Shown: in pieces, positions 8,047 through 18,208 of the stretch
Layout: each line of letters starts with the position of its first letter
Position numbering within the stretch: position 1 is the stretch's first letter
Assembly: GCA_048499675.1 (NCBI GenBank)
Contig: JASNZL010000005.1
Coordinates: 7,386 to 71,385, forward strand
DNA from: Candidatus Zambryskiibacteriota bacterium
Lineage (GTDB): Bacteria; Patescibacteriota; Minisyncoccia; Phycocordibacterales; WO2-35-19
DNA: 64,000 nt
Direction: 5' to 3'
The notes under the pieces: model-generated
What the model saw: only the letters and a program-made list of their open reading frames with translations
The model's database searches: none
What the model was told of the DNA's origin: nothing
Program-made: the position numbers and the translations under genes

Positions 8047-10590
8047 ATGGACAGTTTATTTCTACAAAATATCCAAAAGCTGGTGGAGAAATGGCGTGCT
8101 GATGGATACAAAGGGGTTCACAAAGAAACCGAAAACATACTCACTCATATCAAGCGAGTGTCTTTTTTGCACGGACCACAGATTGAAGCTCTTGAGACAT
8201 ACATTTTCTTGAAAGAAGTCATCGGCAACAAGTCATCGGTTGAGATTTTCAAAAACTCTTTTGAGAACGAGATTGATTTTATGCAAGGGCTCGGGCTTAC
8301 TGATAAAGAAACGCTTGCGTTGATGCGAGATGCAAAGAAGGAAGAAAAGATACAAGCCATCCTTGATGAAAAGTTTGGGACCTCTGACTATGCAAACCAA
8401 GTGTATGCACTGACGATGGGTTCGGGTAAAACAATTTTGATGGCGGTGATGATGCTCTATGATTTTGTGCTTTCGTATTATCACAAAGACGATGAACGCT
8501 TCGCAAAGAACGCTCTTGTATTTGCTCCCGATACTACAATCATTGAGAGCTTGAAAGAAATCAAAACCTTTGACTATTCTCGGGTCCTTCCAAAAGAATA
8601 CGAGAACATTATTTTGAATATCAAATATCACTATCTTGAGAGCACAGACACAGCTCTTGCTCCCGTTGGCAATTACAATGTTATCGTTTCAAACTCCCAG
8701 AAGATTATCTTGAAGACACGAAGCGGTAATGGCGACAATGCTACCAAGCGATTGTTTGGAGATAAAAACGAGCTTGAGAAAAGAGAGATTGAAAATATGC
8801 GTTTGCAAGCAATCCGACAGCTCGGCTCGCTCCAGATATTCGTGGACGAAGCTCATCACTCATACGGCAAAAACCTTGAAGGAGATTTGAAGAAAACACG
8901 CCAGACGATTGATTATCTTCACAAGCACACTCCACTCATCTCTGTGGTAAACCTCACTGGAACACCCTACGTAAACAACAAGATGATTGCCGATGTTGTG
9001 TATCACTTTGGATTGAAGCAAGGTATTGAAAAAGGCATCTTGAAGAAGGTGAAGATTTTTGACTATGGTGTTGTGCGGTCTCAAAAGTTTATTGAAGAAG
9101 TAGTGGATGTTTTCATCTCTGAATATGGCACAAGACGGCTTGAAGGACGATTGCCGAAAATTGCTTTTTACGCATCAAACATTGCTGATTTGCAAAATGA
9201 TTTGAAGCCAAAACTTGAGCGTATTTTAGCCGAGAAAAATATCTCACTTGATACAATCTTGGAATATCACACAGAAGCCGAAGACAATGCTGATGAGTTC
9301 AAAGCTCTTGATACCGCAGACAGTAAGAAGCGTTTTGTGCTCTTGGTGGGCAAAGGCACAGAAGGATGGAACTGTCGCTCACTTGTCTCTGTGGCACTCT
9401 ACAAGAAGCCGAAAAGCACTATTCTCGTGCTTCAATCTACAACACGATGTCTTCGTTCTATCGGAGACAATTCTACTCGGGCAAGTATCTTTCTCTCAAA
9501 AGAAACAGCTACTATCTTGGACAAAGAGCTTCGCAATAACTTCTCATCAAGCATCAGTGAGTTGAACGCACAGGACCAAAAGATGGTTGAGCATACGCTT
9601 GAAGTTGAGAAGCGAAAGACAATCAAAGTAAAGAAAGTTCTCAAAGAGATTTTAGCGGTGCAAGAAGCAAACGCAGAGAGTATCAAGATTGATTGGAAGA
9701 AATGGAAGCCAGAGCAGTATCAATCATTTGTGAGTGAAGGAAGCATCGCTCTCGGAGAAGACGGCGAAGCTGTATATAAAGAAGCTCGTGCGGTCCGAAA
9801 ACTTGAAGACAAGAGTGATTTCACTTTCTATGAGATAGCAGAAATCATCAATCGTTATACACATCTCCCTTGTCTAACTATTGAAAGTATTATCACTGGA
9901 AGCGGTAAGAAGCGTGATGTTTTTGTTGAGATGGTAAACGAGAACTTTGCTCTCGTGCCTTTTGTGATACAAGAAATCCTCCGCAGTGCATACAAGTATG
10001 AAGAAAAGACGGACATTATTGAAGAAGAAATTGAACTCACAAAACTCTTTCCGTTCAAAATCAGTGTCCAGCAAGGAAGAAATACGCTTGTGATATACAA
10101 AGAAGCCGAAGCAGAAGAAGGACGAAAAGGTCGTCTTGGCTTCCATATCAATCCATACGCTTTTGATAGCGGTGATGAAAAGGATTTGTTCCGATACCTC
10201 CGTGATGTGCTTGATAAAGATGAGACAATCAAAGATGTTTACTTTACTGGAGCTCGTGTATGTGCGGACCCAAGCAGGACTGATTTCTATTTTGAATACT
10301 GGAGCCCAGAGCAAAAGAGAGTGGCACGATACTTTCCAGATTTTCTCATTGAGACAACAAAACGCTTTATTGTGGTGGAAGCAAAAGGAAGTGATGAAAA
10401 AACTGACTACGAAACAAACAAGCAGTCATACAAAGGTAAGATTGAAAATCTTACAAACGAGATTTTGGCAAAAGAGATTGGGTTCAATGAGTTCCAGAGT
10501 GTAAATAAGAACTTCGAGTATCACATCATCTTTGATGCTTCACTCCAGCGTGAGCAGTTGAAGTTGCTTGAAGAACTCAAGAGAAAGTAA
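8047..10590 (+). CDS. res: Type III restriction endonuclease Res subunit (SF2 helicase plus PD-(D/E)xK nuclease).
   Basis: Walker A LTMGSGKT, DEAH box FVDEAHHS, and a C-terminal PD...EAK motif (YFPDFLIETTKRFIVVEAKG). Starts 4 nt after the mod stop. Confidence 0.8.
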   Translation: MDSLFLQNIQKLVEKWRADGYKGVHKETENILTHIKRVSFLHGPQIEALETYIFLKEVIGNKSSVEIFKNSFENEIDFMQGLGLTDKETLALMRDAKKEEKIQAILDEKFGTSDYANQVYALTMGSGKTILMAVMMLYDFVLSYYHKDDERFAKNALVFAPDTTIIESLKEIKTFDYSRVLPKEYENIILNIKYHYLESTDTALAPVGNYNVIVSNSQKIILKTRSGNGDNATKRLFGDKNELEKREIENMRLQAIRQLGSLQIFVDEAHHSYGKNLEGDLKKTRQTIDYLHKHTPLISVVNLTGTPYVNNKMIADVVYHFGLKQGIEKGILKKVKIFDYGVVRSQKFIEEVVDVFISEYGTRRLEGRLPKIAFYASNIADLQNDLKPKLERILAEKNISLDTILEYHTEAEDNADEFKALDTADSKKRFVLLVGKGTEGWNCRSLVSVALYKKPKSTILVLQSTTRCLRSIGDNSTRASIFLSKETATILDKELRNNFSSSISELNAQDQKMVEHTLEVEKRKTIKVKKVLKEILAVQEANAESIKIDWKKWKPEQYQSFVSEGSIALGEDGEAVYKEARAVRKLEDKSDFTFYEIAEIINRYTHLPCLTIESIITGSGKKRDVFVEMVNENFALVPFVIQEILRSAYKYEEKTDIIEEEIELTKLFPFKISVQQGRNTLVIYKEAEAEEGRKGRLGFHINPYAFDSGDEKDLFRYLRDVLDKDETIKDVYFTGARVCADPSRTDFYFEYWSPEQKRVARYFPDFLIETTKRFIVVEAKGSDEKTDYETNKQSYKGKIENLTNEILAKEIGFNEFQSVNKNFEYHIIFDASLQREQLKLLEELKRK

Positions 10591-10835
10591 TGGTCCACAT
10601 TACACCCGAAACTGTCGCTAGTTTCAAAAAGATGTTCAAAGAGAAATATGGGGTTGAGTATTCTGATAGTGAAGCGTGGGAAGCCACTCACAATCTGCTT
10701 GGAGCTTTCGATTGGCTACTCAAGCAGGATATGAAGCAAAATCCACATCTCTACAAGAAAACAAATAGTGATGAACACGGTGGGGTGAAAAAGTATGAAA
10801 ATAAAACTCAAAAAAGAACTTATAAGAAGAATTGA
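10590..10835 (+). CDS. Small hypothetical protein, translationally coupled to res by a TAATG overlap.
   Basis: 81-aa ORF; the ATG overlaps the res stop codon. Confidence 0.3.
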   Translation: MVHITPETVASFKKMFKEKYGVEYSDSEAWEATHNLLGAFDWLLKQDMKQNPHLYKKTNSDEHGGVKKYENKTQKRTYKKN

Positions 10836-11061
10836 ATATGCTGGATACAGAATACATCTATACCCAAAAAAGATGACAGAAAAAGCAATTGAGTTTTATA
10901 TTTTTGACCCAAAAATGAAATTGACCAGAGAAACTATATGGATACCAAAATCATCAATGAGAGACAACAAAGATGGTATTGAGTATTACGGGCTTGATTG
11001 GCTGTTTGATGAATACGAAAAGAAAGAGAAACTTGAAAAGATTGGTTATCGTCTATTTTGA
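10795..11061 (+). CDS. Small hypothetical protein.
   Basis: 88-aa ORF overlapping the previous small ORF; no motif. Confidence 0.25.
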   Translation: MKIKLKKELIRRIEYAGYRIHLYPKKMTEKAIEFYIFDPKMKLTRETIWIPKSSMRDNKDGIEYYGLDWLFDEYEKKEKLEKIGYRLF

Positions 11062-11187
11062 AGTTGTGGCAAAAGCAGGACATCGGTAATAAAACTCGCT
11101 TTCTCCTTGTAGTAAAAGGGTTCTAACTTCGTCCAAGAGGTCCAGCCGTCATATGCTAAGTCAGGTGACTGAGATGCATCAAAATTT

Positions 11188-11682
11188 ATGGAAATAAAAT
11201 CTCAATTTGAATATGATGATAAAATTGCACATGTCACATACAGGGACACGAATTCTTTCGGTGATTTAAGATCTAAAAATGTCACTCAAGTTTACGCTGT
11301 TTGTTTTTGGAAAGATCAGATAGTCCTAGTACATAACAAAAACAGCGACTCTCTAAGTCTGCCGGGTGGAGGTTTGGAAAAAGACGAGACATTTGAAGAT
11401 TGTTTAAAAAGAGAGGTCAAAGAAGAAACTAACATGAAAGTCCTGTCCTTTGCACCGATCGGATATCAGAAAGTTACCGATAACGAATCTCTGGCAGTTT
11501 TTCAATTGAGATATGTCTGCACAGTTGAGCCGTATGGTGATTTTGTTTCCGATCCGGATGGAGATGTGGATCAGATAAAAACTATAAATCCGGAGGAATT
11601 TAAAGAGCACATAAAATGGGGCGAGGTTGGAGACAGAATTTTTGAAAGAGCTATAGAATTTAAAAATAAACTAACAAAATAG
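11188..11682 (+). CDS. Nudix hydrolase (paralog A).
   Basis: Nudix box LPGGGLEKDETFEDCLKREVKEETNM, and a C-terminal EPYGDFVSDPDGDV...GDRI block shared with the other paralogs. Confidence 0.75.
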   Translation: MEIKSQFEYDDKIAHVTYRDTNSFGDLRSKNVTQVYAVCFWKDQIVLVHNKNSDSLSLPGGGLEKDETFEDCLKREVKEETNMKVLSFAPIGYQKVTDNESLAVFQLRYVCTVEPYGDFVSDPDGDVDQIKTINPEEFKEHIKWGEVGDRIFERAIEFKNKLTK

Positions 11683-11684
11683 CC

Positions 11685-12188
11685 ATGGAAATAAAATCAA
11701 CTTTAATAAACAGATCCGGACAGGAATTAGATATTATTTATCATGAAGACGCGAACCCAAACGAAAATTTGGAAGGAAAAATATTACAAGCAGTTCATGG
11801 GCTTTGTTTTTACAATAACAAACTCGTTATCGTCTATGCCGAAGGAAAAGGATATTGGACATTCCCGGGAGGAGGTATAGAACTGGGAGAAACATATGAG
11901 GAAGCAGTAATTCGTGAAGTTAAAGAGGAATCAAACATGAAAGTTCTGCATCAAGAACTCATTGGTTTTCAGGATATTTATGAAAATGGAAAAATAATTA
12001 GACAAACTCGCTCATTTTGTATAGTAGAACCATATGGAGATTTCATTTCTGATCCAGATGGAGATGTTACTGAAATAAAACTTATTGATCCTAAGGATCT
12101 TAAACAATACATTGATTGGAAAAAAATTGGCGATAGAATTTTGGAGAGAGCTTTGGAGATGTTAAAAGAATATAACAAAAATTTATGA
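11685..12188 (+). CDS. Nudix hydrolase (paralog B).
   Basis: Nudix box FPGGGIELGETYEEAVIREVKEESNM; 3-nt gap from paralog A. Confidence 0.75.
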   Translation: MEIKSTLINRSGQELDIIYHEDANPNENLEGKILQAVHGLCFYNNKLVIVYAEGKGYWTFPGGGIELGETYEEAVIREVKEESNMKVLHQELIGFQDIYENGKIIRQTRSFCIVEPYGDFISDPDGDVTEIKLIDPKDLKQYIDWKKIGDRILERALEMLKEYNKNL

Positions 12189-12862
12189 AATTATTTTTAG
12201 GAGGCGGAGGAGGAAAAGAAGACTCAATTGAACTGGATAAAAAATTTGTTGCAAATTTAGATTTGTCTAAGCCTCTTTTGTATATACCAATAGCTATAAA
12301 TACTGGAAAATATCCATATTCGGGCTGTGTAGCTTGGCTTTCAAGTGTTCTCGGGCCTTTAGGAGTCACGAACATTGTAATGTGGGTTGAGGATGATTTG
12401 AAAGGAAAGCAGGAAAAAGATTTTGAGCAATTTGGCGGAGTTTATATCGGCGGAGGAAATACTTTCAAACTTTTGAAAGAACTTAAAGAGTTCGGAACAT
12501 TTGAAATATTAAGAAAATTAGCAAAAAAAGATGTTCCGATTTACGGCGGAAGCGCCGGGGCTATTATTTTCGCCAAAACGGTTATTCCAGCATTATCTGC
12601 GGATGAGAACTTTGTGGAATTAACAGATTTTTCGGCATTCAATTTAGTTAAAAATTATGACATGTGGTGTCATTATTCTGAATCACTGGATCCAATGATA
12701 AAAAGCTATATGGATAAATATAGTCTCAGAAAAATAATAGCGATACCTGAAAATGCTGGGATTTATGTCACAAATAATAATATTGAAATTATTGGTCCTG
12801 CAAACGTGGAAGTTTTTGAAGGAGAGGACATAAAGACCATGGGTCCTGGAATGTTGTTATGA
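12185..12862 (+). CDS. Peptidase family S51 (PepE/cyanophycinase-like, class I glutamine amidotransferase fold).
   Basis: YIGGGNTFKLL and the nucleophile elbow IYGGSAGAII; length about 225 aa as for PepE. Confidence 0.6.
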   Translation: MKLFLGGGGGKEDSIELDKKFVANLDLSKPLLYIPIAINTGKYPYSGCVAWLSSVLGPLGVTNIVMWVEDDLKGKQEKDFEQFGGVYIGGGNTFKLLKELKEFGTFEILRKLAKKDVPIYGGSAGAIIFAKTVIPALSADENFVELTDFSAFNLVKNYDMWCHYSESLDPMIKSYMDKYSLRKIIAIPENAGIYVTNNNIEIIGPANVEVFEGEDIKTMGPGMLL

Positions 12863-13366
12863 CTAAAAATTAGTACTTAAAAAATTGTTGATTTCCTTAT
12901 AAGAAGAAAGTTCCGTGACTTTGTTTTTATGAGGCTCAATCATGGTTTCCAGTGGCAAATCCTGACTGTAATTTTTCTTATATTTTCTGTATGTCACGTG
13001 TTTTAATAGTCCCCACAAATCTTTAAAGCTTTCGTGTTTTCTTTTGAATTTTCTCCTTATTAAAGCTAAATATTGAATAAATATATTTTTGAATTTCAAA
13101 ATATATATCACGTCAGATTTTTCCAGACCTTCTTTGATTAATCTCCTCGTTGTACCTTCTATAATCCAGCTATCTTTCGCGTAAATCTTGGAAATTTCCT
13201 TGACGCTCTCCGCTTTGTCATTCGGCTCAGTGAATTTTACTTTCCAAAAGAAGTCATCGGTAGAATAGTGAGAGATTCCTGTCTTTTTAGAGAGTTTTTG
13301 AGCAAAAGTACTTTTACCTCTGCCGGCATCGCCCAAAATCAAGATTTTTTGATGTTTATATGGCAT
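12863..13366 (-). CDS. P-loop nucleotide kinase-like protein (AAA/adenylate-kinase superfamily, topology-modulation/FlaR-like).
   Basis: N-terminal Walker A ILILGDAGRGKSTFA. Confidence 0.5.
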   Translation of the reverse strand: MPYKHQKILILGDAGRGKSTFAQKLSKKTGISHYSTDDFFWKVKFTEPNDKAESVKEISKIYAKDSWIIEGTTRRLIKEGLEKSDVIYILKFKNIFIQYLALIRRKFKRKHESFKDLWGLLKHVTYRKYKKNYSQDLPLETMIEPHKNKVTELSSYKEINNFLSTNF

Positions 13367-13423
13367 AATGACAATATATCAGATTATAAAAATACAAGGA
13401 AGAGACTAGGAGATTTTAAAAAG

Positions 13424-14707
13424 ATGAAAAAACATATAATTATAGCGACATATGATGGAATTGGAACACACTACAGCGGAGTTGGGACTATTGCAAAAAA
13501 TTTAGTTTTCGCCCTAACAAAGCTTTCGAATAAATATGACTTTAGAGTAAGTATCGCTTACATAAATGTAAACAAACAATCTAAAGTATTTAATAAACAA
13601 TGCTTTGAAGATAGTTCTAATTTGGTCAGTAAAACAGGAGGAACCTTAATACCCCTATGTAACTCAACAAAAGGACAAAGTGAATGGGATATGTGGCGTA
13701 GTTTTAAAGAGTGGGACTATACTAGTGTATCTTTGGTTACTGCACTAAATATTATTCTTGATCCAGATGAAGAGAATTATATTATTCTAAATGACACACC
13801 ATTTTTATTTTTTGCAAAATATAAAGACTTAGTTAATGACAAAAATTTAAGATGTTTTTATTTCCCATTAAGCACAGGAAAGAATCATGCTTTTGGAGAT
13901 ACTGAGTGGAGAAATAATCGAATTAGGGTAGAGCAGACGTGTTTTGATTTAATAACTAACGATAAGAATTCAAAAGTCATCGCCCTTGGTAAAAAGTTTG
14001 CTGAAAGGATGTCAGAAGATTACGGCTTGTCATTTGAAGATGATGATTTCTTGCAAAATGGTTTGTGTTTTGAAAAGTACGAAGATTTTCTGAGTAGTAA
14101 TTTTGATAATCAGTCTTTAAGAAAATATGGAATAGAAATTGAAGATGATAAGCGAATTGTTTTTGCATGGGGTAGGTGCTCAACAGCTAAAGGATTCAAA
14201 GAGTTGGCCCTAGCTTGGTCGATAGCTCATAAAGACTTACCAAACCACTATCTAATTCTTCAGATACCTAATAATTCTGGTGAGGATGCTTATTTTGAGG
14301 AAGTGAAAAATATTTTAAATAGCACTCCTCGTCACATAGTTATTGATGACTTTAATCCTGATATTTGGAAGACTGTTTTAAGGACAGAGGGTACTGATGT
14401 TGTGTGTATACCGTCACTTATGGATCCGTTTCCCCATACATCTATAGAAGCAAAACTTTTCAGTAAGGATATGAATTACATTACTGTTATTAGTGATGTT
14501 GATGGAGCCGTTGATGCATTTGCTAGGGATGAGGCTGTATATGTCGATCCTCGAAACACTGCTTCTTTTGCTAGGGAGTTGGTCAGAGTAATTAACCTGA
14601 GTCCGCAAGAAAAAGAGAAGATTATTGAAAGAAATGTTTCTTCAATTGGTAAATTTAATTTCCCGATGATATTTAGAGATTTTATTAATAAAAATATATC
14701 AAGATGA
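13424..14707 (+). CDS. Glycosyltransferase, GT-B fold (GT4-like).
   Basis: VFAWGRCSTAKGFKELALAW (GR...KG) and a later E-x7-E-like block. The upstream part of the long ORF (from 13268) overlaps the convergent kinase gene, so the start is placed at ATG 13424. Confidence 0.45.
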   Translation: MKKHIIIATYDGIGTHYSGVGTIAKNLVFALTKLSNKYDFRVSIAYINVNKQSKVFNKQCFEDSSNLVSKTGGTLIPLCNSTKGQSEWDMWRSFKEWDYTSVSLVTALNIILDPDEENYIILNDTPFLFFAKYKDLVNDKNLRCFYFPLSTGKNHAFGDTEWRNNRIRVEQTCFDLITNDKNSKVIALGKKFAERMSEDYGLSFEDDDFLQNGLCFEKYEDFLSSNFDNQSLRKYGIEIEDDKRIVFAWGRCSTAKGFKELALAWSIAHKDLPNHYLILQIPNNSGEDAYFEEVKNILNSTPRHIVIDDFNPDIWKTVLRTEGTDVVCIPSLMDPFPHTSIEAKLFSKDMNYITVISDVDGAVDAFARDEAVYVDPRNTASFARELVRVINLSPQEKEKIIERNVSSIGKFNFPMIFRDFINKNISR

Positions 14708-15453
14708 TTTTCAGATGGTCAATATGGGGCGATCATGTTTCTAAAAATATCGAATTACTTCGTTACAGTATTTTATCTTTCAAGAAACACTTTGGGAATA
14801 ATCATCAATACATAGTTTATACGGATGATACAGAGTATGTGTCTCAATATTTTGATTTCGATATTGATCTTAGAGAATTTCCAACACAAGATGATTCAAT
14901 TTTCTCTGTTTCATCAAAAGCAACATGGATGAAATGGTGTCCAACTTCAAGGCTGGATGTCAATCAAACAGAGTTTTATATTGATTCTGATGTCTTTCTG
15001 TTGAGATACCCAAAAGAGATAGATACCTTTTTATCTGATGAGCGTATGGGGTTTGCAATAATGGATGAATATTTTGGCCAGTCCTGGCAACATGGTGCGA
15101 TGGCACGAAAAGCGACAGTAGATACTCCTTTTATAAATGCAGGATTATTTATTCAAAAGGCGGGCTATGATATTACTTCGTCTTTAATAAAAGAATTTAA
15201 TTGGTGGAAAGAAAATATAAGGAAAGAAGACCAGACGCATCATGACGAGCAAGGTGCCTTAGCAATCGCTCTTACGAAGCCAATGTCGGAAGGAGAGTTA
15301 TTGATACTTCCGAAAGATAAATATATGCTCATTGGTCCTAATGAAAATAAGGATGTGACAAATCTTGATAATGTCACAATGTTCCATGCGGTTTACCCTA
15401 ATCATCCCGCGTTCTATAAGTTTAAGGATTATTTAGATGCTTTACTCAAGTAG
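14704..15453 (+). CDS. Nucleotide-diphospho-sugar glycosyltransferase, GT-A fold (GT8-like).
   Basis: DxD motif YIDSDVFLL and INAGLFI (compare the GT8 NSGVM motif). 4-nt overlap with the upstream glycosyltransferase. Confidence 0.45.
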   Translation: MIFRWSIWGDHVSKNIELLRYSILSFKKHFGNNHQYIVYTDDTEYVSQYFDFDIDLREFPTQDDSIFSVSSKATWMKWCPTSRLDVNQTEFYIDSDVFLLRYPKEIDTFLSDERMGFAIMDEYFGQSWQHGAMARKATVDTPFINAGLFIQKAGYDITSSLIKEFNWWKENIRKEDQTHHDEQGALAIALTKPMSEGELLILPKDKYMLIGPNENKDVTNLDNVTMFHAVYPNHPAFYKFKDYLDALLK

Positions 15454-15488
15454 TAATTCTGGTAATTAACCTGAAATGCTATAATTGC

Positions 15489-17183
15489 TTGATGGAGCAA
15501 AGAAAGACCGCAATACTCATGTCCGTGAGGAATGAGGAAGCGTATATAGATTTAAATATTTCCTACCACCTCGACCTCGGGTTCGATTACATTTTTATCG
15601 CTGATCATTGTTCAACAGACGGCACTAAGGATATCCTTGATTCGTATAAAGATGATCCGAAAGTTATTGTGATTAAGGAAACAAATCCTGTGTTTGATCA
15701 CGCGAGAATAACAAACAGTCTTTTAAGATATGCAAAGAATAACTACGAGGTTGACTGGTTCATATTTTTGGACGTTGATGAATTTCTTTCAATAAAAGAA
15801 AAGAATGTACATGAGTTTGTAGATCGCCTAGAAAAAAGCAATATACCCTACGCAACAATCGGCTGGGCTAATGCTCTTTTCGACTACACTTTCAAGGATT
15901 ACACATGCTCTCCGACGCACCCCATTGATACAACAAAATATTTCTATCCGTGGCCGGAGAGGCAATGGCAGGAGTACGGACACTTTAGGAAGGCGATTGT
16001 TAGAAATCATGAAAATATGGAAGTGGTTGTTGGAGGTCATTATGTTCGCACGGAGAATAATCTTGATTTTTTTGGAGCGCACCATTGGAACCCATTTATT
16101 GTCCCATCGACCGAAGCCAAGTTACTTCATTTTGAATTTAGAGGTAAAGCTGAGGATATATATGAAAAGTGGGAAAAACTTGCAGAATTTGAAAATGACT
16201 CTACGTCAAGTTCGGATGCTCCGTGGTTGGAAAGGTTACAGACTATTAAAGGGTATGTTAGAGAGTTCAAGAATAATATTGGAGAGATAAAAAAGAGATG
16301 GTTCTCGGAGCACAGGACATTTTGGGGAACTCTTATTCGCGATGAAAGAATTGTGTACGACGCAACTCTCGTTAAGTGGTATGGGAAATATTTAAGACGA
16401 AAGTTGGAGCGAGGTGATATTGAATCAATATGTCTAGTGAGAAGTGGGCACTTAGGGGATGTCGTAATGACAGAACCCGTTGCAAGATTTCTTTCAAAAT
16501 TTGTTAAGAACGTGTCTCTTGCTACTGAAGTCAAAGAGGCAGATACTCTGTTTAATACCTATGATACGATTTATCCATACAGTGATCTTGTAGAGGGAAA
16601 AATTAGAAGCGATGCTGTTGTTAGACTTGTGCATGAGAGGAGTGATAATGCGAAGACATATATCAATGGATATATGGAATCCGTTGGTTTTTCTGATGTT
16701 GATATTGATGATATTCCTGAACTCAAAGATTCTTGGCAAAGAGTTGAGAAGGAGAAGTATGTTCTTATCGCACCATATACGAGTTTTTGGGAGGAGAAAA
16801 AAAGAAATTGGGGGTATGAGAAATTTATTCAATTGAAAGATCTGATTGAAGACCAGCTTAAAATTAAATGTGTAATTCTAGAAAAAGAATATTCTTTTTC
16901 AGAAATGGTTTCATTAATTCGGCATGCAGAGTCTGTTATAGGTAATGATTCGGGGCCTACGGTTATTGCTCAAAGTTTTAATAAAAAGTCTTGTATCATC
17001 TTCGGAGCTACTCATCCAAAATATTTACATTTATCTAATAATGTGGTATCATTGTACGATAATACTCGCCATGAGTTATGTAGTCATAAGACAAGGGAAG
17101 AAGAGATAAGATGTTGTGAGGAATTCTGTATGGATAGAATTAGGGTTGCTGATGTTTTTGATACCATCAAGGAAAATATATGA
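15489..17183 (+). CDS. Bifunctional glycosyltransferase: N-terminal GT2-like (GT-A) domain fused to a C-terminal GT9 (ADP-heptose:LPS heptosyltransferase-like) domain.
   Basis: N-terminus: MSVRNEEAYI, ADHCSTDGT, FLDVDEF. C-terminus: CLVRSGHLGDVVMTEPV and GNDSGPTVIAQSFNKKSCIIFGATHP, both GT9 signatures. Confidence 0.65.
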   Translation: MMEQRKTAILMSVRNEEAYIDLNISYHLDLGFDYIFIADHCSTDGTKDILDSYKDDPKVIVIKETNPVFDHARITNSLLRYAKNNYEVDWFIFLDVDEFLSIKEKNVHEFVDRLEKSNIPYATIGWANALFDYTFKDYTCSPTHPIDTTKYFYPWPERQWQEYGHFRKAIVRNHENMEVVVGGHYVRTENNLDFFGAHHWNPFIVPSTEAKLLHFEFRGKAEDIYEKWEKLAEFENDSTSSSDAPWLERLQTIKGYVREFKNNIGEIKKRWFSEHRTFWGTLIRDERIVYDATLVKWYGKYLRRKLERGDIESICLVRSGHLGDVVMTEPVARFLSKFVKNVSLATEVKEADTLFNTYDTIYPYSDLVEGKIRSDAVVRLVHERSDNAKTYINGYMESVGFSDVDIDDIPELKDSWQRVEKEKYVLIAPYTSFWEEKKRNWGYEKFIQLKDLIEDQLKIKCVILEKEYSFSEMVSLIRHAESVIGNDSGPTVIAQSFNKKSCIIFGATHPKYLHLSNNVVSLYDNTRHELCSHKTREEEIRCCEEFCMDRIRVADVFDTIKENI

Positions 17184-18208
17184 ACGAATCAGAAATTAAA
17201 TTAAAACTATCTTACGTAATAGGTCTTAAGCCTGTAGTTTTAAAAGAGCTTAAACAGCTCAATTTTGAAATACTTGATGCAGTTGATGATTCTGTTTACG
17301 TATCGTTTTCAAAGAATATTATTTCTGAGATCAAGCATTTAAGGAGTGTTGCCCGAGCATACGTTGTTCTTCATAGCGATAAGTATCATCCTTCATATAT
17401 TTCAAACCACAAATCTATTTTAGGAAGCTTGGTTGATATTGTTATAAATGATGATAAAAAGATATTCAATAGCTTCAAGATTAATTGTGCAGGATCCGAT
17501 TCTCCAGAAGTAAGAAGTATTTCTAAATATATTCAGGAAACATATGATTTGAAAGAAAGTGAGGAGGCAGATTTGAAGATACACATTATTAAACCTGATG
17601 ACATTTGGGAAATTGGCATTCAGATTACACCTCGACCACTATCGGTAAGAGATTATAAGGTTGTAAATATGAGCGGGGCAATGGACTCTACCATTGCTTA
17701 CGCCGTTAATTCTTTTTGTAATCTAGAAAAGGCTACTACCTATCTAAATATCTTTTCTGGAAGTGCCACCTTGCTTATAGAGGCAGGTTTATCTTTTTCT
17801 AATTTGGAAAAATTAGTTGGGTTTGATAATGAAAAGAAACACTTATCACTTTCGGTTCAAAATGTTAAAAAGGCAGGTTTAATTAAAAAGATTCAAATCA
17901 AGGAAGCGGACATTTTTGATAAGCCTGACTTCGGAAAGTTTGATGCGATAGCAACTGATTTACCGTTCGGTATGTTGATTTCAAAGAATGAGAATCTTGA
18001 AAAACTTTATAAGGCTTTTGTTGAATATTGTGAAGAAAAACTGGAACCAAGTGGTAGGTTGGTAGTATATACAAGTGAGCATGAATTGATTGAATCGATA
18101 CTTCTAAAATCACGCTTTAAGATCATTCAATCATTACAATTGAAACTCATAACAAATGCTAATGCGTATCTTAAGCCAAAGATTATTGTCTGTGAATTTA
18201 AAAACTAG
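17180..18208 (+). CDS. SAM-dependent methyltransferase (gamma-class amino-MTase order, DLPFG motif); possibly an N-terminal THUMP-like module.
   Basis: Motif I NIFSGSATLLIEAG followed by motif IV AIATDLPFGM. Confidence 0.5.
   Translation: MNESEIKLKLSYVIGLKPVVLKELKQLNFEILDAVDDSVYVSFSKNIISEIKHLRSVARAYVVLHSDKYHPSYISNHKSILGSLVDIVINDDKKIFNSFKINCAGSDSPEVRSISKYIQETYDLKESEEADLKIHIIKPDDIWEIGIQITPRPLSVRDYKVVNMSGAMDSTIAYAVNSFCNLEKATTYLNIFSGSATLLIEAGLSFSNLEKLVGFDNEKKHLSLSVQNVKKAGLIKKIQIKEADIFDKPDFGKFDAIATDLPFGMLISKNENLEKLYKAFVEYCEEKLEPSGRLVVYTSEHELIESILLKSRFKIIQSLQLKLITNANAYLKPKIIVCEFKN

Noticed and set aside
7316-8111. Minus-strand ORFs of 142 and 194 aa inside mod.
   Set aside because: They are antisense to a gene with clear methyltransferase motifs and are low-complexity S/F/L-rich translations.
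11062-11187. Possible tRNA at the R-M island boundary, and elsewhere in the window.
   Set aside because: No GGTTCRANYCC T-loop/acceptor-stem arrangement was found here or anywhere else in the window.
13268-13423. Upstream extension of the glycosyltransferase ORF (MRDSCLFREFL...), which overlaps the convergent kinase gene.
   Set aside because: It overlaps the Walker-A-encoding end of the minus-strand kinase gene. The downstream ATG at 13424 (MKKHIIIATYDG) is the plausible start.
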